The notes below the pieces were generated by a model that saw nothing but the letters and a program-made list of their open reading frames with translations, searched no databases and was not told where the DNA came from. Of a stretch of 64,000 bases of DNA, positions 25,200-38,910 are shown in pieces. The translations under genes were made by a program, and so were the position numbers. This DNA is from Lama glama (Eukaryota). The stretch spans positions 83,206,001 through 83,270,000 of the forward strand of contig CM052817.1 of NCBI GenBank assembly GCA_028534125.1, written 5' to 3'. The first letter of the stretch is position 1. Each line of letters opens with the position of its first letter.

Positions 25200-27568
25200 A
25201 ATGAAAATGCAGGAGCCTATTACCTTTTAGCCATTTCAGGAGGTACCAGAATATATTGGTAGATTTCCTCCAAAGTGCAAGACAAGATATTGAACCTTGA
25301 ACCCACCTACTATTTAAAAAGAGGTACAATGCTTGATGAGTCTGTTTGGATTTTGGAGGCAATATATACCATATTTGAGCACACTCTGAGACCCATTTAT
25401 CAAGCAACCTCAAAGGCTGTCAGCTGTAAGTGGAGCCTGGAGTAATAAAAAGCTCTGCAGCAGAACCAAGCTTCAGTACAAGTGTTCACTTGGACTTTAC
25501 CCATATTCCTATGTCACCTATTCCTGCTTCATTGTCTCTTCTCCCCTAAACCACAATCCATGCTTCATAGGGAATTACTTTTGATCATCTGAGTGAGGCA
25601 GAAAAAAACCAGTTTTTAGATGGTTCTGCATAGTATTTCATCACAACCTGCAAATGGACTGCTACATTTACATACCCATCTAGCAATGCTCAGAAAGAAA
25701 CTGGTGAGGTAATCCTCTTTATGAGTAGCATTTCAAGCAATTCACCTGGTTTTCAATTTTGTATAGACTGAGAAATGCAGATCTAAAGTGATCAGTAGCT
25801 AGATATTTAGCTCAACAGCCAAGTAATTTGAAAGAGCAGCACTAGAAGATTAATGACAAGGACTAAAGAGTAGCTGGAAGGACCTCTCAGAATGGGCCAA
25901 AGAGTGGGGATATTTGTTTCATGTGAATGTTCACAAAAGAGCATCACATGCAGAGGAGAATCTAATAATCCCGTAGATAGATGGTATGTTTTATGGATGG
26001 CATTCAGTCTCTTTAACCATCTAAGCACTTGCTAATCATTCAGTCTCTTAACTCACCATCTAAGTGCTTGCTAAAACAAAACAAAACACATAGAAAAAGA
26101 CTTAGTGGCAAGAATAGAGGCTAAAAATGGGCTCAACAGCATGAAATTTCACCAAAGAGGTTTATCTGTCTACCAGTTTTGAGTATGTAACTTGCCAAAA
26201 GTTGAGATGAAGATTGAGTCCCCAAGATATCACTATTCCCTGAGGGACTCAATCAGCTACCTGATGGCAAGTGTAAACACTAGACCTTTTGCATAAGTAA
26301 CATTACGTGGTTTGTCCTCTCTACCATAGATACATTCTAGGTATTAATTTGCCTCCCTAGTCTACAATTCTGCCAGCACCAACATCATTAGACATATTGA
26401 ATGCCTCATTCACCATCACGGTACTCTGTATAACATTGCTACTGGCATGGACTCATTTAACCACAAAGGAAGCATGACAATGGGCTTATGCTGATGAATT
26501 CACTGATCCTAATATCTAACTCATTATCCAGAAGCACCCAGCTTGGCAGAATGGTAGAACAGCCAACTGAAGCCCAGCTTGTGGCATCAGTTGGCAGACA
26601 ACCCTTTCAAAGAAATGAATTATGTCTTACAGAATGCCATATATACTTTGAGTCAACTATTTCTCCCATTGTTAGAATATATGGATTTGAGAATCAAGGG
26701 GAAGTGAGAGTGACTCCTTTCACTATTACAGTGAATACTTCACTAGGCGAATTTTTACTTCTGAACTCAGCAATTTTGAGTTATGCTAGCTTGCAAGTCT
26801 TAGTTTCCAAGATATAAATGATTCTACTAGAGAACCAACATTGGTTCTATGGAATGAAAGTTGAGACCAGTTATTTTGAGCTCCTTATGACACTGGAACA
26901 ACAGACAAAGATAAGAATTACTTTATTGGCTGGAATGATAGATTCTGATCATTAAGAGAAAATTAGGTTGCTGTTATACAATTGGAACAGGAAAGACTAT
27001 ATTTAGAACATAGAGAATTCTCTGGGACATCAATTAAAAGTTCCATGTCCAATAGTAAAAGTTGATGGAAAATTACAGTAATTGAAAAAAACCCGGGCCA
27101 CTGAGAATTCAAACACTTGGAAAATAAAAATTGTGGTCACTCTACAAGATAAAGAACATTGACTAGTAGAGGTACTGGTTAAAGGCAAAGGAAGACATAT
27201 GGCCTTTTGATCACTTATAGAAATTAGAGTTGTAGTAGTACTTTTTCCTCCTTTCCCAGTATTATTTTATACAAGGACTGTTTTTTCTGGTTAACTTTCA
27301 AATTAGTCTTTGACTATAGATTATCCAAATAGATTGAGGAGTAATTAACATCCTCCAGTGATGGATATCAAGCCTTTGTCCTGGGACAGATGCTGAAACT
27401 TTGGGAATATAGATCTCTTTTTGGAGAGAGAGGGAGACCATCTTCCTTTATATGACAGTTATTTGTATCTTGTTAGGCTATGGCATTAAAATTATTACTG
27501 CTGTTTATAGAAGTTCAAATATGGGTAGGAGGATGTGTATGGATGTTAAGTAGCCAAAGGGGTAGGCT
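25200..27568 (+). mobile_element. ERVL internal region (pol: RT/RNase H/integrase and downstream region), decayed
   Basis: atatttgtttcatgtgaatgttcac (IFVSHVNAH-like), tgggctcaacagcat (WAQQH), tgatggcaagtg (WWQV-like), tttgtcctctctaccatagatac (FVLT.IDT-like). ERVL-type polypurine tract tagccaaaggggtaggc|tg near 27551-27569. Confidence 0.85.
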
Positions 27569-28200
27569 GTAGCTAGATATTAAGCTCCACATTCATATAC
27601 TCTGCTTTATAATGCTGCGACTGGGGCTCAGCACACTGTACTTCTCCTTTGCCAGCTGCTTCTCTACTAACAAAGTTCTACAGTAGAGACACTAAACTGG
27701 AAGGCAAGAAGGGGAGGGAATTAACTTGTTCCTCTTGCTTTTGCTCTTCCTGAAACTGTACTCCAGAAACTGTACTCCACCCCCGACAGAAGAGGTTTGT
27801 TCCAGCAAGAGTTGATTCTAACCATAGTCCCAGAATCAGCCTTACCATACCACCTTAAATGTAACAGTATCAGGTGGGCAGCGCCTTTCCTTAAGTAGTC
27901 TGAGTCCCAGTTCCACGGGTCCTTCCAAAGCAGCTGTGTACTCCTCTCTTCTCAGATCTTGGGCTTCTAGGGTTCTGGAGTTCTTGGGTTGTAAGATTTT
28001 AGGTTCTGCTAATTCTAACTTCTTCACTTGATCTCCCCGTTCCCAAGGATGGTGGCTACTTCCTGTAGTTATCACTTCATGTTCTCTAAGTGCCTCCTTT
28101 TTGCCTTGCCAGTCAGCCTAACTCCTGATGAACCACTTTCCATATCACAATGTCTCTGTTAAAAAAACTAGTGTGGTTTCTGTTTTCTAATCTTGATACA
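27569..28200 (+). mobile_element. ERVL 3' LTR adjoining the internal region
   Basis: Starts TGTAG directly after the PPT and ends ...gtgtggtttctgttttctaatcttgataca. Confidence 0.7.
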
Positions 28201-28359
28201 CTGGAATATTAAATAAAAGATCAAATACATTTTTCTGTCCAAAATGTATATGAAAGCATATTTTACAGAAAATGATACCATCTATCACCAGTTGAGTAAA
28301 TTTGATAACTACCTGAAAATAAAAGATTTGGGTTAAATTTAAGTAAAAGTTTTCTCATA

Positions 28360-29298
28360 TAACTATTTGCCAGTTGCTGAGGCCAAAAAGTTTGTAATCA
28401 CCCTTTGCTTTTTTTGTTCTCATGCCCTACATGTAACCAGTTAGAAAATCTCATTGCTCCTAATGATTAAATATAGCTAGAGTCCAATCGCTTTTATCAC
28501 TTTCACGGTTACTACTTTGGACAGTGGTTCTCAACTTCGGCTGCACACTGAAATCACTGGGAAGATTTTAAATTACCAATGCTTGGCCACACCCACAAAT
28601 ATTCTTATTAGTTGTTCTGGGTTTGGCCTTAGAGTTGGTATTTTTTTAAGTTCCTTGAAAGGAGACAAGGTTGAAAAGTAGTGACCCTCAGTCAAACCAC
28701 CATCTTTCTAAAATGTATTATTATAACAGTCTCTGTCTAGTTTCACAGCTTCTGTTTTTCTCTCTCCCTAACACTAAAGCCTACTCTCCATAAAGCAGCA
28801 GAGTGATTTTTTTTTAATGTACATGGTAGTCCAATGGCTTCCATTACAGAGTAAAATATATCTCCTGACCATAGCCTATAGGCCTTATATGATCTGGCCT
28901 CAGTGACCTCTCGCCACCTTCTCCCTCTCTCACCATCCTCCAGCACTGGTCTCTTTCAGTTTTTTTTTAACACATCAGTCATGCTCTACTCTCACAGTCT
29001 TTGCTGCTGTACTTTGCAGGTAGCCATATGACTTCCTTGTCACTTCTTTGAGGTCTCTATTTTAACATCAACTTTTTTCAGAGAGGACCGTCCTGAACAT
29101 CCTATATAAACAGTCCTCCCAGCCTGTCATTCACTATCTTCTTTACCCTGTTCTACTTTTCTTCTCAGAACTAACCATTTCCTGACATTATATTATGCCT
29201 TCTCCAGTAGGATATAAGTTCCATAAGGTAACAACTTAGTGGCATTCACTTCTGTATTTCCAGTGTCTGGACAGTGTACAACATAAAACAGGCACTCA
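28360..29298 (+). mobile_element. L2 3' region interrupted by a MER5-like element
   Basis: gttgctgaggccaaaaag...ctccataaagcagcagagtgatttttttt...ccaatggcttccattac...ggccttatatgatctggcc...acaggcactcaa. Confidence 0.8.
28522..28683. mobile_element. MER5-like hAT-Charlie MITE
   Basis: cagtggttctcaacttcggctgcacactgaaatcactgggaaga...aaggttgaaaagtagtg, with degenerate terminal inverted repeats. Confidence 0.75.
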
Positions 29299-29300
29299 AG

Positions 29301-30190
29301 AAAGTCAACCAAGATGATGACATAGGAGGCTCTTGAGCTCCCCTCCTCCCACAAATGGACAGCTACAAACAGAGCAACTCCCTCTGAAAAAGATCCAAAA
29401 ATTAGCTGAGCAATTCTTCTACACTGAAAGAATGTGAAATATCCACAGCAAAATGGTAAGGAAGGCTTAGATATGTTCTGGCCAGAAATCCTGCTCCTGA
29501 CATAGTGCCACAGAATCAGGACAGAATCCCTATCTCTTAGCTTCTCCCTGAGGAGCAAAGGGTTTAGACACCACATCTTCAAATTTTAAGATACCCACTG
29601 GAGGGAAGGGTACCCCAAACTCCCATCCCTGAAAGCCAATATGGCTTGTGCCCATAAGACCCACAAAGCTCTAAAAAACTAAGAAACAATTCAACTTGTG
29701 CATGAGCATATACTCCAGGTGTCAACAGATAAATGGATAAAGAAAATGTAGTATATTTACACAATGGTATACTATTCAGCCATAAGAAAGAATAAAATCT
29801 TGTCATTTGCAACAACACTGATGAACCTGGAGGGTATTCTGCTCAGTGAAATAGGTCAGATAGAGAAAGACAAGTAACTGTATGTTTTTACTCATGTGGA
29901 ATCTAAAAACCAAAACAAATAAACAAAACGGAAACAGACTCACAGATACAGAGAACAAACTAGTGGTTATTGGTGCAGTGGGGGACGAAATAGGTGAAAG
30001 GCATTAAGAGGTACAAACTATCAATTACAAAATAAATAAGTCACAGAGATGTAATACATAGCACAGTGAATGTAGTCAATATTTTATGATAACTCTGTAG
30101 GGTGTGTAATCTATAAAAAATTCAAATCACTATGTTATACACATGAAACTATTTTATTGTAAGTCAACTATACTTCAGTTAAACAAAAAA
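29301..30190 (+). mobile_element. Internally deleted L1: 5' UTR (about 29301-29715) fused to ORF2 C-terminus and 3' UTR (about 29718-30190)
   Basis: ccaagatgatgacataggaggctcttgagctcccctcctcccac (5' start), then caacagataaatggataaagaaaatg...atactattcagccataagaaagaataaaatcttgtcatttgcaacaac...gtcaactatacttcagttaaacaaaaaa. Confidence 0.85.
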
Positions 30191-30239
30191 CAATATGTAA
30201 AGCAGAAAAAATAAAATATAATAAAATGATTATTATCTA

Positions 30240-31354
30240 AATCAGACATGGAGGAAGACTCAAGGTATAATTCATCCCTAGGCAAAATTCCTCTCCAAAT
30301 GTGAACCTGGGATACCAGATAAATTATACACAGGGAGAGAAATCAGAAAGAAGGAAGAAGTGATGGACCAAGTAAGTCCAAAACCCAGCAAGGCAAATTC
30401 CATTAGATTTAAAGGCTTGAGAATAACCCTCTCAGTTCAATGCTCTGCCCTGTAGACCCCCTAGAGTGGCAGAATCAAACCCAGAGATCTGGAGGGCAGC
30501 TCTGGCCCTTCAGCTCTCTGCAAGGGCTCTGTCCCTGGGGCAGAGGGCAGGACATTCTGATCTCTAAAACTAAAGAGGAAGGAGAAGCCAGCCCTGTCTA
30601 TTAGACATGTGGTAGGAGTGGCAGCCCTGATGATCTCTGTATCATCTTCAGGGTCTTCCCTTTTCTTGAATGATAAAGCATGTCTGCAGTTGAAAAGCTC
30701 TGACACCTCGTTACTTAGAATCTAAGAGTCCTCCATCTTTCATTTTGTCTCATCTCTGTCCCCTTTCAGTTCAAACTGGCAGGGCTCCTGCTTGCATAAT
30801 ACCATAATCTCTTTCTCAAATGATAGTCCAGCTACATCCTTAGTGTTCTCTTTGAAACATACTTTCTTGGTTTTTTGCAATAGGGACAAGCTGAGAATTT
30901 TTCAGATCTTTAAATTCTGGTTCCTTTTTACTTAACTCCTTCTTCAATTTATTTATCTCCCTTCACATTTTGCTGTAAGGAGACAGAAGGACCCAGACCA
31001 CACCTTCAAAATTTTGCTTTGAAATAACCTCAGCTATATATCCAGTTTCATGGATCACAAGCTCTACCTTCCACAAAATACTAGAACACAGTTCAGCCAA
31101 GTTGTTCACCACTTTATAGCAAGGACTCTCTTTTCTCCAATATTAAATAATCTGTTCCTCATTTCTGCCTGACACTTCACCAGACCGGCCTTTAATGGCC
31201 ATCTCTCTACCAATATTCAGTTCACAGCAATCTGGGTTTTTTCTAATACACACCTCAAAACTCCTCTAGCCTCTACTCATTACCCAGTTCCAAAGCCACT
31301 TCCACATTTTTAGGTATTTGTTACAGCGGCATGTCATTTCACAGTACGAAAATC
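30240..31354 (-). mobile_element. MaLR (MLT1/MST) internal sequence
   Basis: ggcaaaattcctctcca...cattacccagttccaaagccacttccacatttttaggtatttgttacagc, directly adjoining an MLT1 LTR. Confidence 0.8.
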
Positions 31355-31718
31355 TGTACTAGTCAGCTCAAGATGGCATAAAAATATACCATACACTGGG
31401 TGGCTTTAACAAGAGAAATTCACTTCCTCATAGTTCTGGAAACTGCAAGTCCAGGATCAAGGTTCCAGGCAAGTCCGTTTCCGGCGAGAGCTCTCTTCCT
31501 AGCTTGCAGATGGTTGCCTTCTCTAGGTGTGCTCACACAACCTTTCATTGGTGTGCACAGAGAGAGTGCTGCATATAAATAGGTACCATCCCTGTTGGAT
31601 TACCGAGTTATGACCTCATTAAACTTTCATCATCTCACAGGTAATTTCAAAAGCAGTTACACTGGGGGTTAAGGCTTCAACATATGAATTTTGAGGGGAG
31701 ACAATGCAGGCCATAGTT
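31355..31718 (-). mobile_element. MLT1A-like LTR
   Basis: ctgggtggctttaacaagagaaattcacttcctcatagttctggaaactgcaagtccaggatcaagg...ttaaggcttcaacatatgaattttgagggg. Confidence 0.85.
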
Positions 31719-34557
31719 GAGCTGAATATCAAACCCAGGAATCTGCTTTAATTATTGCTTTTTACTCCTAAAGTTTTATTTTCAAAGCACTTTATGTAGT
31801 TTATGAATCTTTCTACTGGGCTTTATCACACATTGTACAATGAAAACAAAGACTTGAACTATGAGAAAGAGAAAATTGTCTAGAAAACTGTAACAAAGAA
31901 ATCTCTCCCCACCCTACTCCCCTCATGGACTTAGGTTTTGAATACAAGCATGAGTAGAATAAAAAACTGATTTATCTGATGGATTACTTTATCTGTCTGT
32001 CCCATGCAACTGCTTCATTACGGTGTCTTAAACTTGTCAAAGAAAACTCTAATACATTGCAGCAAGCACATTCTTTGCTGACAGTGAGGTAAAGTTTAGC
32101 TTCACAGGTCTTGCTATTAGTAATTTTGGTATTGTTGATGTTAGATGCAAGTCCAAGAGATATCTAAACTTCTCTTCATCAGCATGAAACTCGGCTGGGC
32201 CTTTTTTTTTTTTTTTATGAGAGACTTATCACTCCATGGCTTTGTCAGACAGAAAGTTTTCTGAATTGGGATTTTCTTCTTCTGAGCCATTTCAGTATAG
32301 ATAGCCAGCTGGAATCTACTGATGGTTTCTGTGTATGTAAGTTAGGGAGGAAAAGAAGGGGGGCTTGAAAGAGGGAGATGGAGTATCGGGGCTTCAACCT
32401 CCATATATGTTTCTCCAAATATAATTGTTTTATTCTGAAGTAAACATTTGCAAATGAATGTAAAATTGCCCGTAAGACAGAACAGATCAGAGAAAGTCTC
32501 ATTGTTCTTATTTTCATTGGCATCTATAAAAGATTAAAATTTCTTAGGATTTCATTCCAAATTTGTTCTCATAACAAGGTTTTTTTCCATTTCTTTGGAA
32601 AATATACATTAAGACAATTAATGTTGCAATATTCTATCCATTTGAAAATTATTATTATATATCAAGCAATATCTGTGTCAACCTACACATCAGGTAAAAC
32701 TGATTATATATGAGAGTTTTGAAATACCCACTTTGAAGAAGACTGAAAAAAGTTACGACCTAAATTCTTACTCTCCCTCAAAAGGAAAGTGATCCATGTT
32801 ATTCTTCCTTGGTCTTTTTTAACCATTTCAATCATTTTATACTGCCACAGCAATGTAACAGGATTATGATAAGGCACACTAAAATCTTCATATCAAATCA
32901 GCTAGAAAGAAGAAGAAACCTAGAGACAGTCAGGACCAGAGTTCTGGAAACTAGACTGTGTGACTGACCTCAAGTAAGATAAGAAGTCTAAATAAAAGTG
33001 ACCACTGTATCATGGCAAACTGGGCTCAATCCAAGCCAATGTCTTTATACATCAGGGTCCAGCAACCGGGCTATGAAAACAAGAATTTCTAGGCAGCAGC
33101 AATACTCCGAGTCAAGTGAATGGGCGGTGGGGTTTTAATTACAGGTTCATTCCTTTAGTTTCTAACAAGCCTTCAACCATCACTTGGGGATCATTGAGAG
33201 CTAGGAATCAGGGTTCAAGCAAAGGACTCTCAAGGTAGGCCTTCAGATTCAGAAAATAATTAGGTTCCAATAATTAAGATCCTTATCTTGTCTGTTAAAA
33301 GTTGCCTAACTGGCCCAGCTCACAGTGAGGTCACTTTTACATTTAAAACTTGTTCCTTAACAATACCCAATGCATATATAGTGCTTTGCAGCTTTCAAAG
33401 AACTTGCACACACATAATTTATTCTTCACAGCATACCTGAAACAGGAATGTAATAGACATTTTCATACTTTATCAAAAAAGAGACCAGGAATTGTATAGT
33501 AGTGGGGCCAGGACCCACGTGACTCTCTCTAGTGCTTTTCCAGTCTGCTGGACCATGATGCCTTAAGGAAGCAGATAATGTAAACCTCCACCTTCCTGAT
33601 GTTTTCCATATACACGTGAGAGAATGTGGATGGAAGCAACCCACCATCTTGGTGGGTCCTTGTCATCACCCAGTTCCTCCTCTAAAACCTTAAACATCAG
33701 TATTCTACTCGGAAGAAAATCTCCCATCAATTGTTGCTTCTTTCCCACTAACCCCACTGAACTTCATTGAGCTCTCGGTCGAATCTCACCTTCTGCCTTC
33801 CCCATTTAGCTCCCTCCAAATCGTAGAGCCTTTATTATTAGCATCCTCACTTGTCCTCATCTCTTTGTCTTCTTGCCACATCTACCTGACAAGGCCTCTG
33901 TCATAGATCAGTCTCATTTTCTACCTGTAGGCCAAGCTGTAGAAGCCCTGAGCTGACATTATTAAATTTTTGTATTTTCCTCTGGCTAGGTCACTTTCCC
34001 ATTTCTATAATAAGTGGAAGTTCTAAACTTTCACTACCATCCTAATTCCCTTACCCCACGTCTGCCTTGCTCACTTTCTCAGGTGATGTTTTCTATCTCA
34101 TCAAGTTCCTCCAATGCAAATTCCCTTCTTCTAAGCTTTACCTGTCTTTACTGTGTCATTTGTTCATCCTTACTTCTCTCCTTCCTTCACCTTGAATTTC
34201 ATTCCCTACCACATTCTCTTAGTCCTCCTTAACACCATCTCTTCCACTTCCACTATCCTCAATCTATCCTTTAGTGCCAGCTACTTTCCTAAATTAAAAA
34301 AAAAAAAGGCAAGTTCTTCCCAACTTAAAAAGATCTCTGGTTATTTCATCCTCAAAAAACTTCACAAAAAAATTATTGAAGGAACACTCTATAGTTTTCA
34401 CCCCTACTTCATATTTTCCATCCTATATAATTCATCCACTTCAAATAAATTTCTACACTGTCTATAATGCAATAGATAATAGAGTAGTCAAAGAAGTACA
34501 ACGTGACCATTCAAAAATCATCTACTTCTGCTTTTCTTTGTCAAGAACCATCTATAA

Positions 34558-35337
34558 AGGCCATAAAGAAAGATAAAGAAGGACATTTTATAATGATTAA
34601 AGGAGTGATACAAGATGAAGATATTACACTCGTTAATATGCATGCACCCAATATAGGAGCACCTAAGTACATACAAGAATTACTAACAGAGATAAAGGGN
34701 NNNNNNNNNNNNNNNNNNNNNNNNNNNNNNNNNNNNNNNNNNNNNNNNNNNNNNNNNNNNNNNNNNNNNNNNNNNNNNNNNNNNNNNNNNNNNNNNNNNN
34801 NNNNNNNNNNNNNNNNNNNNNNNNNNNNNNNNNNNNNNNNNNNNNNNNNNNNNNNNNNNNNNNNNNNNNNNNNNNNNNNNNNNNNNNNNNNNNNNNNNNN
34901 NNNNNNNNNNNNNNNNNNNNNNNNNNNNNNNNNNNNNNNNNNNNNNNNNNNNNNNNNNNNNNNNNNNNNNNNNNNNNNNNNNNNNNNNNNNNNNNNNNNN
35001 NNNNNNNNNNNNNNNNNNNNNNNNNNNNNNNNNNNNNNNNNNNNNNNNNNNNNNNNNNNNNNNNNNNNNNNNNNNNNNNNNNNNNNNNNNNNNNNNNNNN
35101 NNNNNNNNNNNNNNNNNNNNNNNNNNNNNNNNNNNNNNNNNNNNNNNNNNNNNNNNNNNNNNNNNNNNNNNNNNNNNNNNNNNNNNNNNNNNNNNNNNNT
35201 GTTATGATAAATCACAGAGAAAAAAATGTGACAATGAGTGTGTATATGTCCATGAATGACTGAAAAATTGTGCTGAACACTGGAATTTGACACAACACTG
35301 TAAAATGATTATGAATCAATAAAAAATGTTAAAAAAA
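34558..35337 (+). mobile_element. Young L1 starting in the ORF2 endonuclease domain, 15-bp TSD, interior lost in an assembly gap
   Basis: TSD aagaaccatctataa at 34543-34557 and 35338-35352. Peptide AIKKDKEGHFIMIKGVIQDEDITLVNMHAPNIGAPKYIQELL is L1 endonuclease. 3' UTR is near-identical to 311-449. Confidence 0.95.
34700..35199. other. Assembly gap (500 N)
   Basis: Run of exactly 500 N. Confidence 1.
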
Positions 35338-38300
35338 AAGAACCATCTATAATGTGAAACAAGCCATTTTTCAAAGTTTTCTTATTATATATGATCCTTT
35401 TTGGGGGGGAGGCCTTGGAAAAGTATTACTTCCATATTCAATTTGGTCATTTATAAATATCTTCTCCATTATTCCAATTATACATGAAGTTATTACGTTT
35501 TCAAAGAACAGTCAATGGAATAGAAACATAGGGAATATTCAGGCATTTTTACTGAAGGTAGTTTACATTCTATTAAAATTTCACAGAAGTAAAACATCTT
35601 TCATAATCAGAGGATCTTCACCATGGTTTGTTTTTTAATAAGAAAATCAGCAATGGGGTATATGGGCTTTTTTTTAATGTGTGTGTGTTTTTACTTACAA
35701 GCCTAAAATATCAACTCTTTATTTAAACTTTTTATAATTCTTCCACTCAAGTCTCCAACATACTGATTTTGTACTTAATGACTATGAATTAGTTTCAATG
35801 TTCAGATTTTTCTCTTCCATGTCATAAATGTCTGTGTCTCTTACTTGTTGAATTCTGAGCTCATTTAGACATGGTCTAGCTTCTATCAGGCTGTAAGCCA
35901 AAGACCTGGGATAACTGCATACTGCTTCAGGAATGTTTCTAGAGTTCTTCATCCAGTTTAAGAGAAAGAGAAAGGAAGTGGATGTCAGAAGGTTCCAAGG
36001 GGATGTTACTGGTATGCTTGGGCATGGATATATTCTGCAGGAATGGCACATTTACATTTATTATAGAGCAGCTGTTCAAATGGGGAGAATGTTTATTTGA
36101 GTGTACGTAGATTATGCAGTACTGCCCTTATCCTTAAATACAAAACATGGCTTTCTCTCCCTGTGGTATTTTGGAATTTCACCCTGTGCTGAGGCAAAAA
36201 CAATGTTTAACTGCCTTTACACAAGCACAGGAAAGGCTTTCTGGTGCCAGTTGTTTTTCAATAGGGAATCCCTTCACAGTAAACAGCATCACTTAATCCC
36301 ACTGGGGTGATGGTGGGGTAGTAAAACCAAATCAAACCAGCCATGATGTGGGCTGTTACTATAGGAAGGTGCAAAACCCAAGTGCAGCTAACTCTAACAA
36401 GTAGGCTGCTATTCAAATGAACTATGATACTATGTAAGATCTATTTCTAGTTTTCAACCCATTGAAATTCACAGAAAACATGTTTCTAAATGAAAGAATT
36501 CTGACAAGAGAGTAGATATTCTTTTAAAAATCGAGGGTCACAAAGGAGTTTATTTGCTTCTCTCTTCCTAATGTACACACAGTTTTCTCTATATTATTCT
36601 GAGGTTAATTATCCAATTGTGGATTCTGCTCGCCACTGATGTCTCATTTTCCCTTTGGCTCCTGGCCTTCTGGACAACATGCTATTCATTAGCAACTCCA
36701 CCCAAAGCTGGGCAGGAGAAAGAAAATCTGCTGAAACACAAACTAGTCTATCCCACTCCTTGTTAGTAGTTCTTGTGGAAGAGAATAAAGAAACTGTTCA
36801 TTAAACTGAGGCTTTAGAGTTATGAGTGATGTCAATGATCTATGTAGCTCCAGCTCTCAATATTGCGGATAACTGAGAGTTGGTCACACTACCAGACACT
36901 GAGGCTGCAACAATCTACGTCTTGTTTAACTTTATCTCTGCTCTTTCCACTCCCTCAGACTATAACACTATTTCCTAAATGTCAGGTTTTGTGATTATCA
37001 AGTCTGAAAACTTCCTGAAAATTATTTCAAAGGTGGTGGTCATCTCCCACAGCAACTGAAGTAGCAACAAAGTACTAGACATCTGCCCAGGCACACTACA
37101 CTTGCCCTGTGGATAACAAAAATAAATCCTTCAGTTCTGCATTTGAGGTAGACTCCATGTGTCATTTACTTTCTTCACACAAAATACACTAAGTAATACA
37201 GTCTGAGAAAGAGGAGAAAAAAAATTTAAGCCAGTCAGATCTTTGAACTTAATAGGCTTTAGCCACTCTGAATTTGATGTGGATATTTTGAGACTATTAA
37301 CTTGGATTATTTTTCTTCTTTGTTATATATGAGCTATATTGGGTTTTAATTTTAATTTTAAACATGAGGAATTCAAAGTAAGTGAGATGAAACTGAAATC
37401 TTATCTGTGGACAAGTCTGAAGTTTCATATACACATACATTAGACAATTATGCTTCATCATGATGTTTTAATTAAGGAAAATAAAAGAGATTTGAGAGGA
37501 ATCTAGAGTACTAAATAAAGAGAGCAAGAGTTCAACTGAGGGAAAAAAAACTGAAAGAAAGTATGTTTATATGAACATGAAAGGCTTGGATCTAGAAACT
37601 TACTGTATTGCTAAAAGTCAATAGTAATGAACTGACATTACTGAGATTAGCATGAATCAGATTCAGATGCAATCTCTGTTGTCATCCCAGACAATACTAG
37701 AAGAAAAAAAAAAGACCTAAAGATTAAAAGAAATAAAGAGAAAAATGATTATTTGTTCATTCATTCAACAATCATCAATTTAAAATATAAACACTAGGAC
37801 TAAAGAAAAAAGCTTTCCTTTGCTTGCGAAGAGCTCCAGAGAAATAATAACAAAATAAAATAGAGGTAATACTGAAATGCAAACTGTATACCAATCCTTG
37901 AGTTAGAAGGTAACAACTAGAGGTTATCAAAACTACTTAACTTTCCCAAGAGATTTTAACTATTCCTTCCAAGATTAATGGTGGCAAGTCTTTATGCAAT
38001 AAAATCTACATTGTATTTGTTTTATACCCACTTTAACTTAATCACCAAAGAGATCAGTATCATTAGAAAACAGAGTTTATTTTAATCCCCAAGGCTTAAC
38101 TATAGCAATGATTGAGCGCTAACACCCAGGATGATTAACTTTAAGTTCATTCTGTTCCTTTCAGTAACATTTTATTGAGCACCTATTATATACCAGTTGA
38201 ATGCTCCCTCTCAAACCATTGTGGTTATGCTCCTAAAAACTACAGTTAGAGAATTCATATGATAGGTACCTAAGGCTTTATGGAAAACTAAGTCAAGGAG

Positions 38301-38599
38301 ACCTACTCATTATAAAACCTATGAAGATATTATTTTGCCTTCTTCTAAAGATGTCACAATTCTTCCACTCTTGGCAAAATTTAGAGCACCATCATCCCCT
38401 ATCCATCCACTCGCTTACAGTCTTAAAATTAAAGTATTTGTTAATTTGAGGATTTCACAATATTTTAAGATATACTTTTACTGAATGGAGCATGTTATTA
38501 TCATTTGACATAAAACACCAAGTGGCCATGTCCTGGGTATGAAAATGAAATAATAAATTTTCATCATCTCTGGGGTAAATGTGATTGACTCTATAGAGA

Positions 38600-38910
38600 A
38601 CTAAATGTGGGATAATCAATATGGTAGTTCCTGGAAACCTGTGATTATCAAACACTTGAAATGAGGCTAGTCCAAATTGAGGTATGTTTTAAATGTAAAA
38701 TACCACATTTCAAAGGCTTAGTATGAAAAAAGAATATAAAGGATATAATCAATGTTTCTGTTTACTGTGTTGAAGTAGTATTTTTGACATACTGGGTTAA
38801 ATAAAACATTATTAAAATTAATTTCATCTATTTATTTTTAGTATTTTTAATGTGACTATTAGAAAATGTTTATGTAAGTGGCTCACATTATTTTTCCATT
38901 GAACAGCACT
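38600..38910. mobile_element. MER33-like hAT-Charlie element
   Basis: cacttgaaatgaggctagtccaaattgagg...ctgggttaaataaaacattattaaaattaatttc...gtggctcacattatttttccattgaacagcact. Confidence 0.8.

Noticed and set aside
34503..35293. ORFs of 234 aa and 250 aa
   Set aside because: Artefacts of the N gap. Only about 47 codons of L1 endonuclease are real.
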